This document shows positions 37,065 to 47,500 of a stretch of DNA of 64,000 nucleotides, one piece after another. The stretch's first letter is position 1. Each line of letters starts with the position of its first letter. The notes beneath the pieces are model-generated. The model was not told the DNA's origin. It worked only from the letters and a program-made list of their open reading frames with translations, and made no database searches. The position numbers were made by a program, and so were the translations under genes. Source of the stretch: a bacterium (lineage in GTDB: Bacteria; Zhuqueibacterota; Zhuqueibacteria; Residuimicrobiales; Krinioviventaceae); NCBI GenBank assembly GCA_963693055.1, contig OY843751.1, positions 1,370,072 through 1,434,071 on the forward strand, given 5' to 3'.

Positions 37065-37532
37065 TTATTTATGATATTTTTCTCCTCTTAGAATGGTATG
37101 CGCTCTGTAGATTTGTTCAAGCAGCATGACAGCTGCCAGTTCATGTGGAAACGTCATTTTTGAAAATGATACTTTTTGTTCCGCTTTACTGACAATCTCA
37201 GGCGCAAGCCCATGGGGACCCCCAATAATAATGGTTACAGATTGCCTTCCATTATTTTGCTGGACCTGAATCCAATTTGCAAACTCTATTGAAGAGAATT
37301 GTTTCCCCCCTTTATCCATGACTATGGTATACTCTGTGGGTGACAGTTTTTTTTCCAGCTTGATCTTTTCCCGCTCAAGTATTTCAGATTCTGACAGTTT
37401 GGCAATCTTTTCAGGTTTTATAAAATCCATTTCAATGGCAGTATAGTGCTTTATTCGTTTGAGGTACATGTCTATTGCTGCTTTGAATTGCGGATTTTCG
37501 GGTTTGCCAACTGTTAATATTCTGATCTTCAT
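37065..37532 (-). CDS. rlmH: 23S rRNA (pseudouridine1915-N3)-methyltransferase RlmH (SPOUT family)
   Basis: 155 aa. MKIRILTVGKP...YLKRI...SVTIIIGGPHGLAPEI...KVSFSKMTFPHELAAVMLLEQIYRA is typical of YbeA/RlmH. Confidence 0.85.
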   Translation of the reverse strand: MKIRILTVGKPENPQFKAAIDMYLKRIKHYTAIEMDFIKPEKIAKLSESEILEREKIKLEKKLSPTEYTIVMDKGGKQFSSIEFANWIQVQQNNGRQSVTIIIGGPHGLAPEIVSKAEQKVSFSKMTFPHELAAVMLLEQIYRAHTILRGEKYHK

Positions 37533-37538
37533 TTGTCT

Positions 37539-38729
37539 CTATAAAAAGGATTTGATGGATTCTGCCACAAGTTCAACACCGTGCGCTATTTTGTCTTCAG
37601 GGGTATTGCAAAATGAAATTCGCATACAATTGTTTCGTTCACCTAACGGATCAAACGTATTACCAACAACAAATACGGCGCCTTTATCAATTGTTTTTTT
37701 CAAAATGTCCATTGCGTTCAATTGTTCCGGCAAAGTGACCCAGATATAGAATCCACCTTTGGGGCGTGTCCAGGTTACTCCCTCTGGCATAACAGCGTCA
37801 AGTGCTTCCAGCATCAATTCTGATCTTTTTTTGTAGGCTTTTCGTAATTTTGCCAGATAGTCCGGTAAACGGTTTTGTACCAGAAATTCATGAGCCAAAA
37901 CCTGACTAAGAGTAGATGTACATGCATCTAATGATTGTTTTGCCAGATCACATTTTTCAATGATCTCATTCGGGGCCAACAGCCAGCCAATCCGAAGTCC
38001 CGGACCGATGTATTTTGAAAACGATGACGTATAACATATGGGCACGGTCTCCGGGCCTGTTGCTTTGATGGGTACGGTTAATTCTTTGTCCTTTTCATCA
38101 AAATAGAGCTCTCCATACGCATCATCCTCGATCAATATGACATCATGTCCTTTGAGGGCTTGCATCAGCTCTTGTCTGCGTTGTTTGCTGTAAAGAATAC
38201 CAGCGGGATTATGAAAATAGGGGGTAACATAAACAAATTTGGGTAACGGTTTGGACGAGTTTAAAATATTTTCAAGTTCCTGTATATTCGCACCATCATC
38301 ATCCAGGGAGATGGTTTCAAAATCCGCCTGAAAGGATTTAAAAGCCGAGATGGCACCAATAAATGCGGGATATTCCGTAATTACCCGGTCACCGGGATCA
38401 ATAAAGATCTTTGAGAGTATACTTATTGCCTGCATAGAACCGGTAGTTACAATCAGGCCATTGTCTTCTACCGGCAGTCCTTTTTCTTTCAAAAACCCTT
38501 TTAAAGATTCCAGAAAAGGCGGGTATCCACCTGTGGGCCCATATTGCAGCGCCTGTTTTTTAACAGCGGGAGAAAGCGAGTTATAAATCTCGTCAATTTC
38601 CTGAACGGGTAACAGGTCATTATTGGGCATGCCACCGGAAAAAGAAATGATATCCGGTTTGGATGCCAGGCTCATCAACTCGCGAATTGCGGATGAGCGC
38701 ATACTGGACGCACTGGTGGAAAATCGCAT
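37539..38729 (-). CDS. PLP-dependent aminotransferase, class I/II fold (2-aminoadipate/aromatic aminotransferase-like)
   Basis: 396 aa. ...ISFSGGMPNNDLLP...YGPTGGYPPF...ITEYPAFIGAISAF...SFSKYIGPGLRIGWL...TRPKGGFYIWVTLPE. Confidence 0.8.
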   Translation of the reverse strand: MRFSTSASSMRSSAIRELMSLASKPDIISFSGGMPNNDLLPVQEIDEIYNSLSPAVKKQALQYGPTGGYPPFLESLKGFLKEKGLPVEDNGLIVTTGSMQAISILSKIFIDPGDRVITEYPAFIGAISAFKSFQADFETISLDDDGANIQELENILNSSKPLPKFVYVTPYFHNPAGILYSKQRRQELMQALKGHDVILIEDDAYGELYFDEKDKELTVPIKATGPETVPICYTSSFSKYIGPGLRIGWLLAPNEIIEKCDLAKQSLDACTSTLSQVLAHEFLVQNRLPDYLAKLRKAYKKRSELMLEALDAVMPEGVTWTRPKGGFYIWVTLPEQLNAMDILKKTIDKGAVFVVGNTFDPLGERNNCMRISFCNTPEDKIAHGVELVAESIKSFL

Positions 38730-38744
38730 TATAGGTGCCTTTCT

Positions 38745-39170
38745 TTATATTTCGTATATCTCATTGGCTTTGATCAGTTCTACTTTGTGTTTTTGCAATA
38801 CGTCGATTGCCGCTTGCAGGGCTTCGGTACGGATGATAACCGATGCTTTTTCTCCAAATTCGAACGCGTACATGTATTCAATGCCAATCTTTGCGTTTGA
38901 TAGAATCTCGAGCGCTCTTGCGAGCCCGCCTGGAGTATGGGGAACGGTTAGACAGATCACATCCGTTGAATTGACGGTAAAGTTTCTCGCTTTTAGAGAT
39001 TCTACCGCTTTATCCGGATTGGTTACAATAAGGCGTAGAATACCGTATTCAGCCGTATCTGCAATACTAAGCGCGGAAATGTTTATATTGGCTTCTTCAA
39101 GTGCTTTGGTCACTTCGGTTAGCCGACCTGATTTATTTTCAAGAAATATCGATAATTGTTTAATGATCAT
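38745..39170 (-). CDS. ACT-domain protein (tandem ACT domains), commonly paired with PaaK
   Basis: 141 aa. Two ACT-like halves (LSIFLENKSGRLTEVTKALEEANINISALSI and TVPHTPGGLARALEILSNAKIGIEYMYAF); directly downstream of paaK. Confidence 0.7.
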   Translation of the reverse strand: MIIKQLSIFLENKSGRLTEVTKALEEANINISALSIADTAEYGILRLIVTNPDKAVESLKARNFTVNSTDVICLTVPHTPGGLARALEILSNAKIGIEYMYAFEFGEKASVIIRTEALQAAIDVLQKHKVELIKANEIYEI

Positions 39171-39185
39171 GTGAGATCCTCCTGG

Positions 39186-40484
39186 TTACATGCTTCGTTT
39201 GTCGATGACACGTTTGGCCTTGCCTTCACTGCGCTCGATTGTTTTGTGCTCTACCAGTTTGACTTTGACACTGAGTCCCAGTGTGCTGTCAATGTTGTGT
39301 TTGATTTTTGCAGACAGTGCTTCCAGTTTACGGATTTCATCAGAGAAAAATTCATTTTCCACTTCAACCCAGACTTCCAGATTGTCAAGATTATTGACAC
39401 GGTCCACAATCAATTGATAATGCGGTTTGGTCTCGCTCATTTCAAGCAGAACGCTTTCAATCTGAGACGGGAACACGTTAACACCGCGAATGATGAGCAT
39501 ATCGTCCGAGCGACCCAGACATTTTGCCATGCGCACCATGGTACGTCCGCATTCACAGGTCTCGTAATTGAGCACGGTCAGATCGCGGGTGCGGTAACGC
39601 AGCAGGGGGAGTCCCTCTTTGGTGAGCGTTGTAAACACCAATTCACCAATTTCACCCGGGGGAAGGACCTCGAGCGTTTTGGGGTCAATGATCTCGGGAT
39701 AAAAATGATCTTCGAAAACGTGCAAACCTGTCTTGTGCACACATTCAGTGGAAACACCCGGTCCAATGACCTCACTGAGTCCGTAAATATCAATCGCCAG
39801 TATGCCCAGTTTATCTTCAATTTCTTTGCGGATGTTCTCGGTCCAGGGTTCCGCGCCAAAGATACCCACACGCAGGGGCAGGTCTTGTGGAGACAGGCCT
39901 GCTTCTTCCAGGGCTTCGGCCAGATAAAGCGCGTACGAGGGCGTGCACGCAAGCACGGTACTGCCAAAATCTTTCATCAACTGGATCTGACGCTTGGTGT
40001 TGCCGCCGGAAATGGGAATGACTGTTGCTCCGACTTTTTCCGTACCGTAATGGATGCCGAGTCCGCCGGTAAACAATCCATAACCGTATGCGATCTGTAC
40101 AACATCGTCTTTGCCTGCACCGGCACAGTTGAGGGTGCGCGCAACCACTTCGGACCACAGGTTAATATCGCGACGGGTATAGCCAACTACTGTGGGTTTG
40201 CCGGTGGTACCGCTTGAAGCGTGCACACGTACAATATCGCTCATGGGTGCGGCAAACAGGTCGAACGGGTAATTGTCGCGCAGGTCCTGTTTTGTGGTAA
40301 AGGGCAGGTTTTTTAGGTCGTCAATGCTTTTTACATCGCCGGGGTCCATGCCCTGTTCCTGGAATTTTTTGCGATAAAAAGGTACGTTGTAATAGAGACG
40401 TTCAACCATATTGACCAGCCGTTCGCTCTGCACACGGGTGAGCTCCTGGCGGTCCATACATTCAAAATGTTCATTCCAGATCAT
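39186..40484 (-). CDS. paaK: Phenylacetate-CoA ligase family adenylate-forming enzyme (PaaK / F390 synthetase-like)
   Basis: 432 aa. [45 protein letters not shown]...[19 protein letters not shown]... is the classic PaaK N-terminus and AMP-binding motif. Confidence 0.85.
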   Translation of the reverse strand: MIWNEHFECMDRQELTRVQSERLVNMVERLYYNVPFYRKKFQEQGMDPGDVKSIDDLKNLPFTTKQDLRDNYPFDLFAAPMSDIVRVHASSGTTGKPTVVGYTRRDINLWSEVVARTLNCAGAGKDDVVQIAYGYGLFTGGLGIHYGTEKVGATVIPISGGNTKRQIQLMKDFGSTVLACTPSYALYLAEALEEAGLSPQDLPLRVGIFGAEPWTENIRKEIEDKLGILAIDIYGLSEVIGPGVSTECVHKTGLHVFEDHFYPEIIDPKTLEVLPPGEIGELVFTTLTKEGLPLLRYRTRDLTVLNYETCECGRTMVRMAKCLGRSDDMLIIRGVNVFPSQIESVLLEMSETKPHYQLIVDRVNNLDNLEVWVEVENEFFSDEIRKLEALSAKIKHNIDSTLGLSVKVKLVEHKTIERSEGKAKRVIDKRSM

Positions 40485-40654
40485 TCTTTTCTCCGGTCAT
40501 TGGTGTGTATATTGAGGAAACGCGTTGTATTCCGGTAGTTTGATTTGCAGTTATAAAATAATTGAATCTATTGGATTATGCAAGAAACTTTTTTTCTACG
40601 TGAGAAGAAAGATGTGAGACGGGAGAGGTGAAAAACTTGACCTGATTGGGGGGA

Positions 40655-40740
40655 GATTTGCCTGGACATTTGTCCTGATTCTTCAAGAATTGCATGGGAC
40701 AAATGTTTCATTTGAATATTCTGCGATGCAGGAATCTGTG
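40655..40740. repeat. Partial copy 1 of a structured ~140-bp MITE-like intergenic repeat
   Basis: GCCTGGACATTTGTCCTGATTCTTCAAGAATTGCATGGGACAAATGTTTCATTTGAATATTCTGCGATGCAGGAATCTG is homologous to the 3' two-thirds of the elements at 41733 and 42699; it lacks the 5' TIR. Confidence 0.55.
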
Positions 40741-40985
40741 AAATGGGTTTCTATGATGGAGGATGATAAAAATGAATATTTTTTTCTTTTTGGTGAAAAT
40801 TTATTGTTTGTTTAACGGATAATTGTTAATTTATATAACGATAAATGGGGCAGCTTTTCATTTTTCATCAAAAATATTGTCTATCAATTTATTCAAGTGT
40901 CTTTATCTACAACATAATGTCTTTTTAATAGTACTAAAAATTTGAGTGTATTGCTTTGAATGCATTCAAAAATCAGGAGTTTTGG

Positions 40986-41609
40986 ATGAAAAAAATCTTT
41001 TTTGTAATCTTGTTTTTTTCAGTTATTGTCAATTCCAGTTTTGCGGAATACAAGTTTGGTGTTGTTGCGGGGACAAATATAGAAAAGATGATTTTTGAAA
41101 AGAGAACTATTTACAAGCATCACAATCCTTATGGTTATTCTTATGGGATTTACTTTGAGAGAGCGTTAGGAGAACGTTTCTCTCTACGTTCTGAATTGTC
41201 TAATAATAAATCAACCATAAAATTTGAAAATTTTACAACACAAGGCGATCATTATAAAATTTTTATTGAAAAAGATTATTTGTCAATACCAATTCTTTTC
41301 AAATATCACTTTTGGAAATCTTTGAATATATCTGGTGGTTTACAGTTAAATTGGAATCAAGATATTAATTATACATTTGAAGAAATGTATACGAATAGAG
41401 CAATCAAATCTTTTAGTATTACATCCAAAGTATCAAAGTTTGATACATATATTTGTATTATTTTAAGTAAAGATTTTTTTCTCTTTAATAAGAATTTAGA
41501 TATTGGCATTCGGATATTAAAAGGAATAAATAAAATAGAAGAAAACTGGTACTTGGATGATAAAGCCAAATATTTACAATTTCAATTGTTGTTCAGTTTG
41601 CAGTTGTAG
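40986..41609 (+). CDS. Outer-membrane beta-barrel protein (OmpA-like porin family/opacity-type small barrel)
   Basis: Signal peptide MKKIFFVILFFSVIVNSSFA with an AGGAG RBS; amphipathic beta-strand pattern and a C-terminal ...LQFQLLFSLQL motif ending in aromatic/hydrophobic residues. Confidence 0.5.
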   Translation: MKKIFFVILFFSVIVNSSFAEYKFGVVAGTNIEKMIFEKRTIYKHHNPYGYSYGIYFERALGERFSLRSELSNNKSTIKFENFTTQGDHYKIFIEKDYLSIPILFKYHFWKSLNISGGLQLNWNQDINYTFEEMYTNRAIKSFSITSKVSKFDTYICIILSKDFFLFNKNLDIGIRILKGINKIEENWYLDDKAKYLQFQLLFSLQL

Positions 41610-41732
41610 AGCATATAAATTTAGTTTGGTACATTGATGATGGTTGCCTTGCACCTCCGAGGATACCGGGCAATTGGTTATACTTTTAAAATAAATATGA
41701 TCACACGGCATGTCTATGTTGTGCTGAATATA

Positions 41733-41870
41733 TGATCGCCCGGTAATCCGCCAGCTGGCGGATGCAGGACGGAATATTTACCAGGACATTTGTCCTGATA
41801 CTCGGAAAATTGCCTGGGACAAAAATCCCGCTTTAATTTTCCGCGGGGCAGGGATCTGCATCGCGATCAA
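41733..41870. repeat. Copy 2 of the MITE-like structured intergenic repeat (terminal inverted repeats TGATCGC...GCGATCA)
   Basis: Starts ATGATCGCCCGG and ends CTGCATCGCGATCA. Internal palindromes: CAGGACA-tt-TGTCCTG, GGGAC(n)GTCCC, and GCGATGCAG-n4-CTGCATCGC degenerate. Confidence 0.6.
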
Positions 41871-41970
41871 TGACGCACCAGGAAGAAATGGAGGCTTTTA
41901 AGCAGATCAACAATACTGTGACATCTGCTATAGTTAAAGAGAAATTATTATTATATACAGGATGGTAGTA

Positions 41971-42690
41971 ATGAGAAAAGTATTTTTTTTAGTGATAATT
42001 ATTCCATTGTCATTGTTCTCTTATGTAAATGATGGCCCGCCAAAAAATGGTTATTTTGGTGGTTCAAGAGTTGCAAATTATTGTCATTTTAATATTCCTT
42101 TTTACATGAGTTATTTGGGGGACAATAATAATGCTTTTTCATTATTATGGCCCGGACTTGCCAGTCCGATAGGTCAAATTCAATATACTAAAAGATATAA
42201 TGAAAATTCTAAATTGGGCATAGGGCTAGGGCTCCCTTTTATTTCAATATATGCTGATAGAGACTTTAATATCAGTAAAAATAAAAAAATTAATACCAGC
42301 TTTTTGGTTGGGATACCATTCTTCTCACTATCATCAAAAGTGTTCTACCCCTTTGATGATGTTGGGAGATATAAGCAAGGAGTTTCATTTAATTATATCT
42401 ATTATTCTGGATATTATAGCTGGTCTATGGTTGGAAATATGGATATTTATCCTGGATCACAAGTATTATCTTTAAATTATGAAGGTTTGATTACTCCAAA
42501 GAACAATGGCAAAGTTAATTTGTTCTTTTCTATTGGAGCTAATTATTTATTTTTGAGCTATGCGATTCGTCAAGCTGATAATGAAAATTATGGATTCAAG
42601 AATTTCGTGAATTTATATGATTATGCATTATCTGATGTTTCCTGGGATAAAAATATATGTTGGAGCCTGTCATTTGGAATTAATTTTTAA
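41971..42690 (+). CDS. Hypothetical secreted protein (possible outer-membrane beta-barrel)
   Basis: Signal peptide MRKVFFLVIIIPLSLFS; beta-rich composition with alternating aromatic residues and a C-terminal ...WSLSFGINF; no recognisable catalytic motif. Confidence 0.45.
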   Translation: MRKVFFLVIIIPLSLFSYVNDGPPKNGYFGGSRVANYCHFNIPFYMSYLGDNNNAFSLLWPGLASPIGQIQYTKRYNENSKLGIGLGLPFISIYADRDFNISKNKKINTSFLVGIPFFSLSSKVFYPFDDVGRYKQGVSFNYIYYSGYYSWSMVGNMDIYPGSQVLSLNYEGLITPKNNGKVNLFFSIGANYLFLSYAIRQADNENYGFKNFVNLYDYALSDVSWDKNICWSLSFGINF

Positions 42691-42698
42691 AAAGAACC

Positions 42699-42847
42699 TG
42701 ATCGCTCAGATTATTATGATCGCTCGGTATATTTATTCCGGGCGGAATATTTACCAGGACATTTGTCCTGATACTCGGAAAATTGCCTGGGACGAATGTA
42801 ATGTCCCGCTTGAATATTCCGCGATGCAGGGAGCTGCATCGCGATCA
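42699..42847. repeat. Copy 3 of the MITE-like structured intergenic repeat
   Basis: Starts (C)TGATCGCTC...ATGATCGCTCGG and ends CGCGATGCAGGGAGCTGCATCGCGATCAG (10-bp stem, 4-nt loop). About 90% identical to copy 2 over the core TTTACCAGGACATTTGTCCTGATACTCGGAAAATTGCCTGGGAC. Sits between convergent genes. Confidence 0.6.
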
Positions 42848-42855
42848 GTTTTTTC

Positions 42856-43689
42856 TTAATTCTCCGAATTAATGTCGAAAATCCAGTTTCTTACAAGCTC
42901 CAGGTAAGCTTCGTATCCCATAATATCCGGGATGTCGGTGTGGTTGGCATCCTGGACCAGTACCATGGATTTGGGCTCAGGTGCGTTTGCGTACACCACT
43001 TTGCCATTGTCGCGATAGCGTACAAAATCGTCTTGAGCGCCATGGATCAGTAGAAACCGGGTATTGATGTTTTGGATCTGCTTTGCATTGTCAAACGAAC
43101 CGGTTGTGAGCCACTGCGAAGGAATATCCAACACCGTGCTGCCCTGGGTTAACGAGTTTGCTGATGCAAATGGAGACTCGGCAATCAAACAGCGGGGGTC
43201 TACTTTTTGTCCCGCAAGATAGATTGAGGCTACATTCCCCAGCGAATATCCGTAAATGCAGAGTGAATCCGCGGGTACGTTCTGCTCGTTCATGACATAG
43301 TTGAGTGCAGCGTCACTATCCTGATAGAGTCCCGTCTCGGAAGATTTTCCCTCGGACTTGCCGTATCCGCGATAATCATAGATAAATATATTCACGCCCA
43401 GTTCATACATCAGCATGACACGGTCCCAATATTCATCAATATTGTGCTTGTTGCCGTGACAATAGAGAATGGTAATGCCGGGACGCTCACCATTGGATTC
43501 TACCCAATAGCCGTAAATTTTGTTGCCGCCGCTGTTGAGAGACACTTCCTGCAGATGGTCTTGTGGAATGGAATTGCCGGGCAGTTTGTATTCGTCCAGT
43601 GATTCGGTGTTGAATAAAAATCCGTCCAGTTCACAGGCGGTAAATATTGTTGAAAAGAGTAGTATTAAGAGTAGGGAAAGCTTTTTCAT
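42856..43689 (-). CDS. Alpha/beta-hydrolase fold lipoprotein (serine hydrolase, GYSLG nucleophile elbow)
   Basis: Start reassigned to MKKLSLLLILLFSTIFTAC (lipobox) at 43689. ILYCHGNKHN...YDYRGYGKSEG...IYGYSLGNVAS...HGAQDDFV. Overlaps the upstream gene by 4 nt (ATGA). Confidence 0.7.
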   Translation of the reverse strand: MKKLSLLLILLFSTIFTACELDGFLFNTESLDEYKLPGNSIPQDHLQEVSLNSGGNKIYGYWVESNGERPGITILYCHGNKHNIDEYWDRVMLMYELGVNIFIYDYRGYGKSEGKSSETGLYQDSDAALNYVMNEQNVPADSLCIYGYSLGNVASIYLAGQKVDPRCLIAESPFASANSLTQGSTVLDIPSQWLTTGSFDNAKQIQNINTRFLLIHGAQDDFVRYRDNGKVVYANAPEPKSMVLVQDANHTDIPDIMGYEAYLELVRNWIFDINSEN

Positions 43690-44351
43690 TTGAAACTCCT
43701 TTCCAGCGCAAACAGGGTGGTAATGGCGCCATAGCCGGAAATGGGTAGATAATCCACTGCCAGGTTTTCGCTGGCAATGTTGGAGCCGTTCCATTTAATC
43801 TCGGTAATGAGTCGGGTATTTCTGCCGAGTTTCCACTCGTAGCCGACAAATGGAGAAAAGATCAGGGATTCCGCATCGTCATCATAATCGGGATCAGAGA
43901 TGGGTGCGGCCATATCCAGACCGCCAAAGAACTGTCCTTTTCCGGTCTGCCAGGCGGATGAAAAAGATACAACCGGGTAAATACGATATTTTTCTTCAAT
44001 ATCAGATTTCAAGCTGGCAAAGCACATTAAAAACGGGTGAATGCCAATGGTGGGTTTTAATCCATCTTGTTCAATGGGGTACCAGGAAAATCCGGCATCA
44101 AGTCCTGCCATTTTGTATGCCAGGGGCAGCAAATGCAGGTTGCTGAACAGGTTAACCTTTTCAATTACCCCGTATTCAATACCTCCGGTCACATATGGCA
44201 CCGGGATTTGCGTGCCCAGTGCTTTAATAATGGGGCCACCAAAGCTTACGTTGGCATCCACATTACCTTTACCCAGGGGCTGCAAATGTGTATGTGCCGC
44301 ACAGGAAAAGAGTAGTAAACTGCTTAATAACAAGAGAATTATTTTCTTCAT
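43686..44351 (-). CDS. Hypothetical lipoprotein/outer-membrane protein
   Basis: MKKIILLLLSSLLLFSC lipoprotein signal with a GAGGT RBS; translationally coupled to the downstream hydrolase gene. Confidence 0.5.
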   Translation of the reverse strand: MKKIILLLLSSLLLFSCAAHTHLQPLGKGNVDANVSFGGPIIKALGTQIPVPYVTGGIEYGVIEKVNLFSNLHLLPLAYKMAGLDAGFSWYPIEQDGLKPTIGIHPFLMCFASLKSDIEEKYRIYPVVSFSSAWQTGKGQFFGGLDMAAPISDPDYDDDAESLIFSPFVGYEWKLGRNTRLITEIKWNGSNIASENLAVDYLPISGYGAITTLFALERSFK

Positions 44352-44524
44352 TCATACCTCGGATTAGGAAATTTTGGGGAGCTATTTCTACTAGAATTTA
44401 ATTTTACTGTGTCAAAAATTAGACCAGAATGAACCGGGGGAACCGGAAGCGTGTGCGAGAATTAAATATAGTTAATATTCAGGCATTTTCAATTTACCTG
44501 AATATTAACTATTTGTCAAATGTT

Positions 44525-47500
44525 TTATTGTATCGATTGAAGTATCAGGTTAGCATCAATATTCAGCGGGTCTGTTTCAAGGGCTTTTGTGAATAATGAA
44601 ATTGCCTGGTCTTTTTCGCCCAGTCCTAAATGTCCCAGACCTTGCATATAGTATGACGAAACGTGCAGTTTTTTTCTCTGCAATTCTTTGTTGAGCTGGA
44701 AAATTCTGCCTGAATGTTCCTCGTCTACAGTTACGGTAATGTGTCGACTGTCTTTACCTTTATTGATGCGTTGCAGGCCATCCTCAATCAGTTTTTCAAA
44801 ACGTTTTTCGGCTCCTGATTTATCACCCAGTTCAATTTGTGCCAGTGCTTTATAATACTCTATTTCCGGGAAATCGCCGGCGCCCCAGCCCTTGTTGAAT
44901 GTATAGTTGACCATCTTTTCGTACCAGGATTTTGCTGCTTTTTTATCATTCGCCAATGCTGCATTTTGTCCCAAATAGTAATAGGCAATACCAACTTTGC
45001 TGTTTCGTTCGGCTTCAAGATTTTTGGGGAATTCCATTGCCTGCATGAAAAAGGATTCTGCTTTTTTATGGTCCTTGTTATTCATGTATTGAATACCGGT
45101 TTGCAGATTGGCATCGAACCATAGCACATGGGGATTAAATGTTGCGCCTTCTTTGATATGATAGTTTATTTCGTTCAACAAACCAAGGGCTTTATCATAA
45201 TTGCCATAGTAATTGGACAGTTTAATTTCCATTATCTGAATGTCTACAATGTCTTTACCCAGTGTTCCGTATTCATCGAGAAATTGAGCAAGCTGTTCTG
45301 GTGACATGCTGGAATAAGACATGTAGAGATCCGCTTCGTTAAAATAGCGCGGTTCAGTGGGATCTAATGAAATCGCTTTTATGATATTTGCCAATGCATT
45401 GGGCATATCCTGCAGATGGTTTGCCTCAATGTATGCAATATTCCGGTAAATTATGGATTCGCTGCTTTTGATTTCGGCGGCCATTTTCCAATATTTTATG
45501 GCATTTTCATGTTGATAGTCAGCCAATGCATTACCAAGCAGATAACATGCAGACACATCCCGGGAATCCTGAGAAACGGCATATTTCAATACCTTGATAG
45601 ATTCACTGCCATAGGGGAAACAAAGCTCCAGAGGCAGATTGCCGGCCTTGTTCAAGGCGTCTTGAGATTTATCGGTTTTGCCTGCAAGATCATAATACAT
45701 GGCTAGATGATAATAAATCATGGGGTATGCATTCAACTCTTTTAAAGAAGAGGATGCCGCAAGTTCAAGTACATTAGAGGCATCGGTATAGAGTCCCATT
45801 TCGCTATAGCGTGTAGCCGTTTCAATATAGTTATAAGGTTCTGACCGGAAATGCTTGGCAATATCCATATAGTGAGCAAGATTTTGATCGGTTTTTATAT
45901 GTGTGTCCAGTATTCTCAATTCGTTCATAGCAATCAGGCAAAGTGGATCAACCGTAAGGGCATCTTTAATCGTTTCAAGGGCTTGGGGGTAATCACCCTG
46001 TTTACGTAATATAATGGCTTTACTGACAAGTGCTTCAACGTTCTGGGTATTGGCTTTGCATGCCCGGTCTGCGGCATCGTAAGCCTTGTTCCAATCATTT
46101 TGCAGTGCTTCGAGTCGTGAAACAAGCGTATATCCCGCGGATGTCCATTCATAGTCCCAGGTTGCTCTGTAAAGCATATCCAATGCTTTTTCAATTTCCC
46201 CCTGTTGCATATAGCAGATACCCAGGTAAAAAAGGGAAGTGGCATCCTGAGCTTTTTTATGGTTTCCGGTTACAATCTTTACCGCTTTTTCAAGATGTTT
46301 TTGTGCTTTGGAGTAAGCACCTCTTTTGAGATAAACGGTTCCGATCTGGGTATTCGCCAGCACATTGTTTGGGTCTCTTGCCAGTGCAGCTTTATAATAT
46401 GCCATATAATCATAATTGGTGTTGCCAAACTGCTCCAGTTTCAGTCCTGCAAAAAAGAGGTCCTGGCTGTTTGTATAAGAATCTGGAGTTGAGGGGTCCT
46501 CATATGTTTCCGGAAAAGGCTCGTTCAAGGGCGGTTGTTTTTGCCATGACAGCATTTGTGTGCCTTGTGAAGACAAGAGTGTGATTGCAAGGTCCTCATA
46601 CGCTGTATTCTTGTTGATCTTGATTTCGGTTTGGAATGGTTTGACGGGAGAGATTTCCAATGTTTTTGTGAAAATGGTCTCGCCTTTATCTTTGAGAATG
46701 ATTTGGGTGCCTTTTTGTACACTGGTAGCATTGATCTGAATGAGGGCTTTGTGGTTTTCAAGTTCAAGATTTACGGCAAAGTCTTTGTTGACTTCTTTCA
46801 TGTTGCTGAGATTTTTAATACCATACATGTACATGGTACCATATTTGGTTTCAAAGGGTGCAACAAAGTTGTAATCGGGTTGATTGTCAGAATAGAAACC
46901 CATCATCAACTCTGCATAGGGGCCGTCGGTATCTGTTAGTTTTTCGTCCCAGACTTTTTGTACTTCATTTTTACCCCAGTTCCAGAGTTTTTTACCCTTG
47001 AATATCCGATGGTCTCCCACCATGGCTACGCCAGCTTTTTTGCCGTGATCAATACCACCCATAAAATCCTGATGAGATCTGGTAACAAAAAAGGATGTAG
47101 GCTGTTTGGCGGCATTCCACCAGGACAGATCTTCTCCATGGGTATAATCGTATGATTGATATACCTGGTTCAGTATAGGCCACCGGGTAAATTCTGTTAC
47201 ATAGTGAAAATTCATCATCTCAACATCGGGTGGGAAAATGAATTGGTAATCGTCATTTGTGTGTACCGCATTGTTTGCAAAAAACAAAGCCGGATATTGA
47301 AAAGGAGTTACATTCAGGGTTTTGAATTCCATTTTTACATAGGACTTGCCGGGCTCCAGTGTCATACCTACCAGCCAACGGGTCTGGCTTCTTTTTTCAT
47401 ATTCGCCAACCCAAACCGTTTTGCTGCCGTCCGCATGTTCAGTTATGGTATAATCCACTGGCAATAAACTGGTGGCTCTGTGGTGATGCGGCGTGTTCCA

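Noticed and set aside
39156-40217. A 353-aa plus-strand ORF antisense to paaK, and 129-/113-aa minus-strand ORFs in an alternative frame
   Set aside because: They are fully embedded in the well-supported paaK gene; the translations are Arg/Cys-rich nonsense typical of out-of-frame reading of a GC-richer gene.
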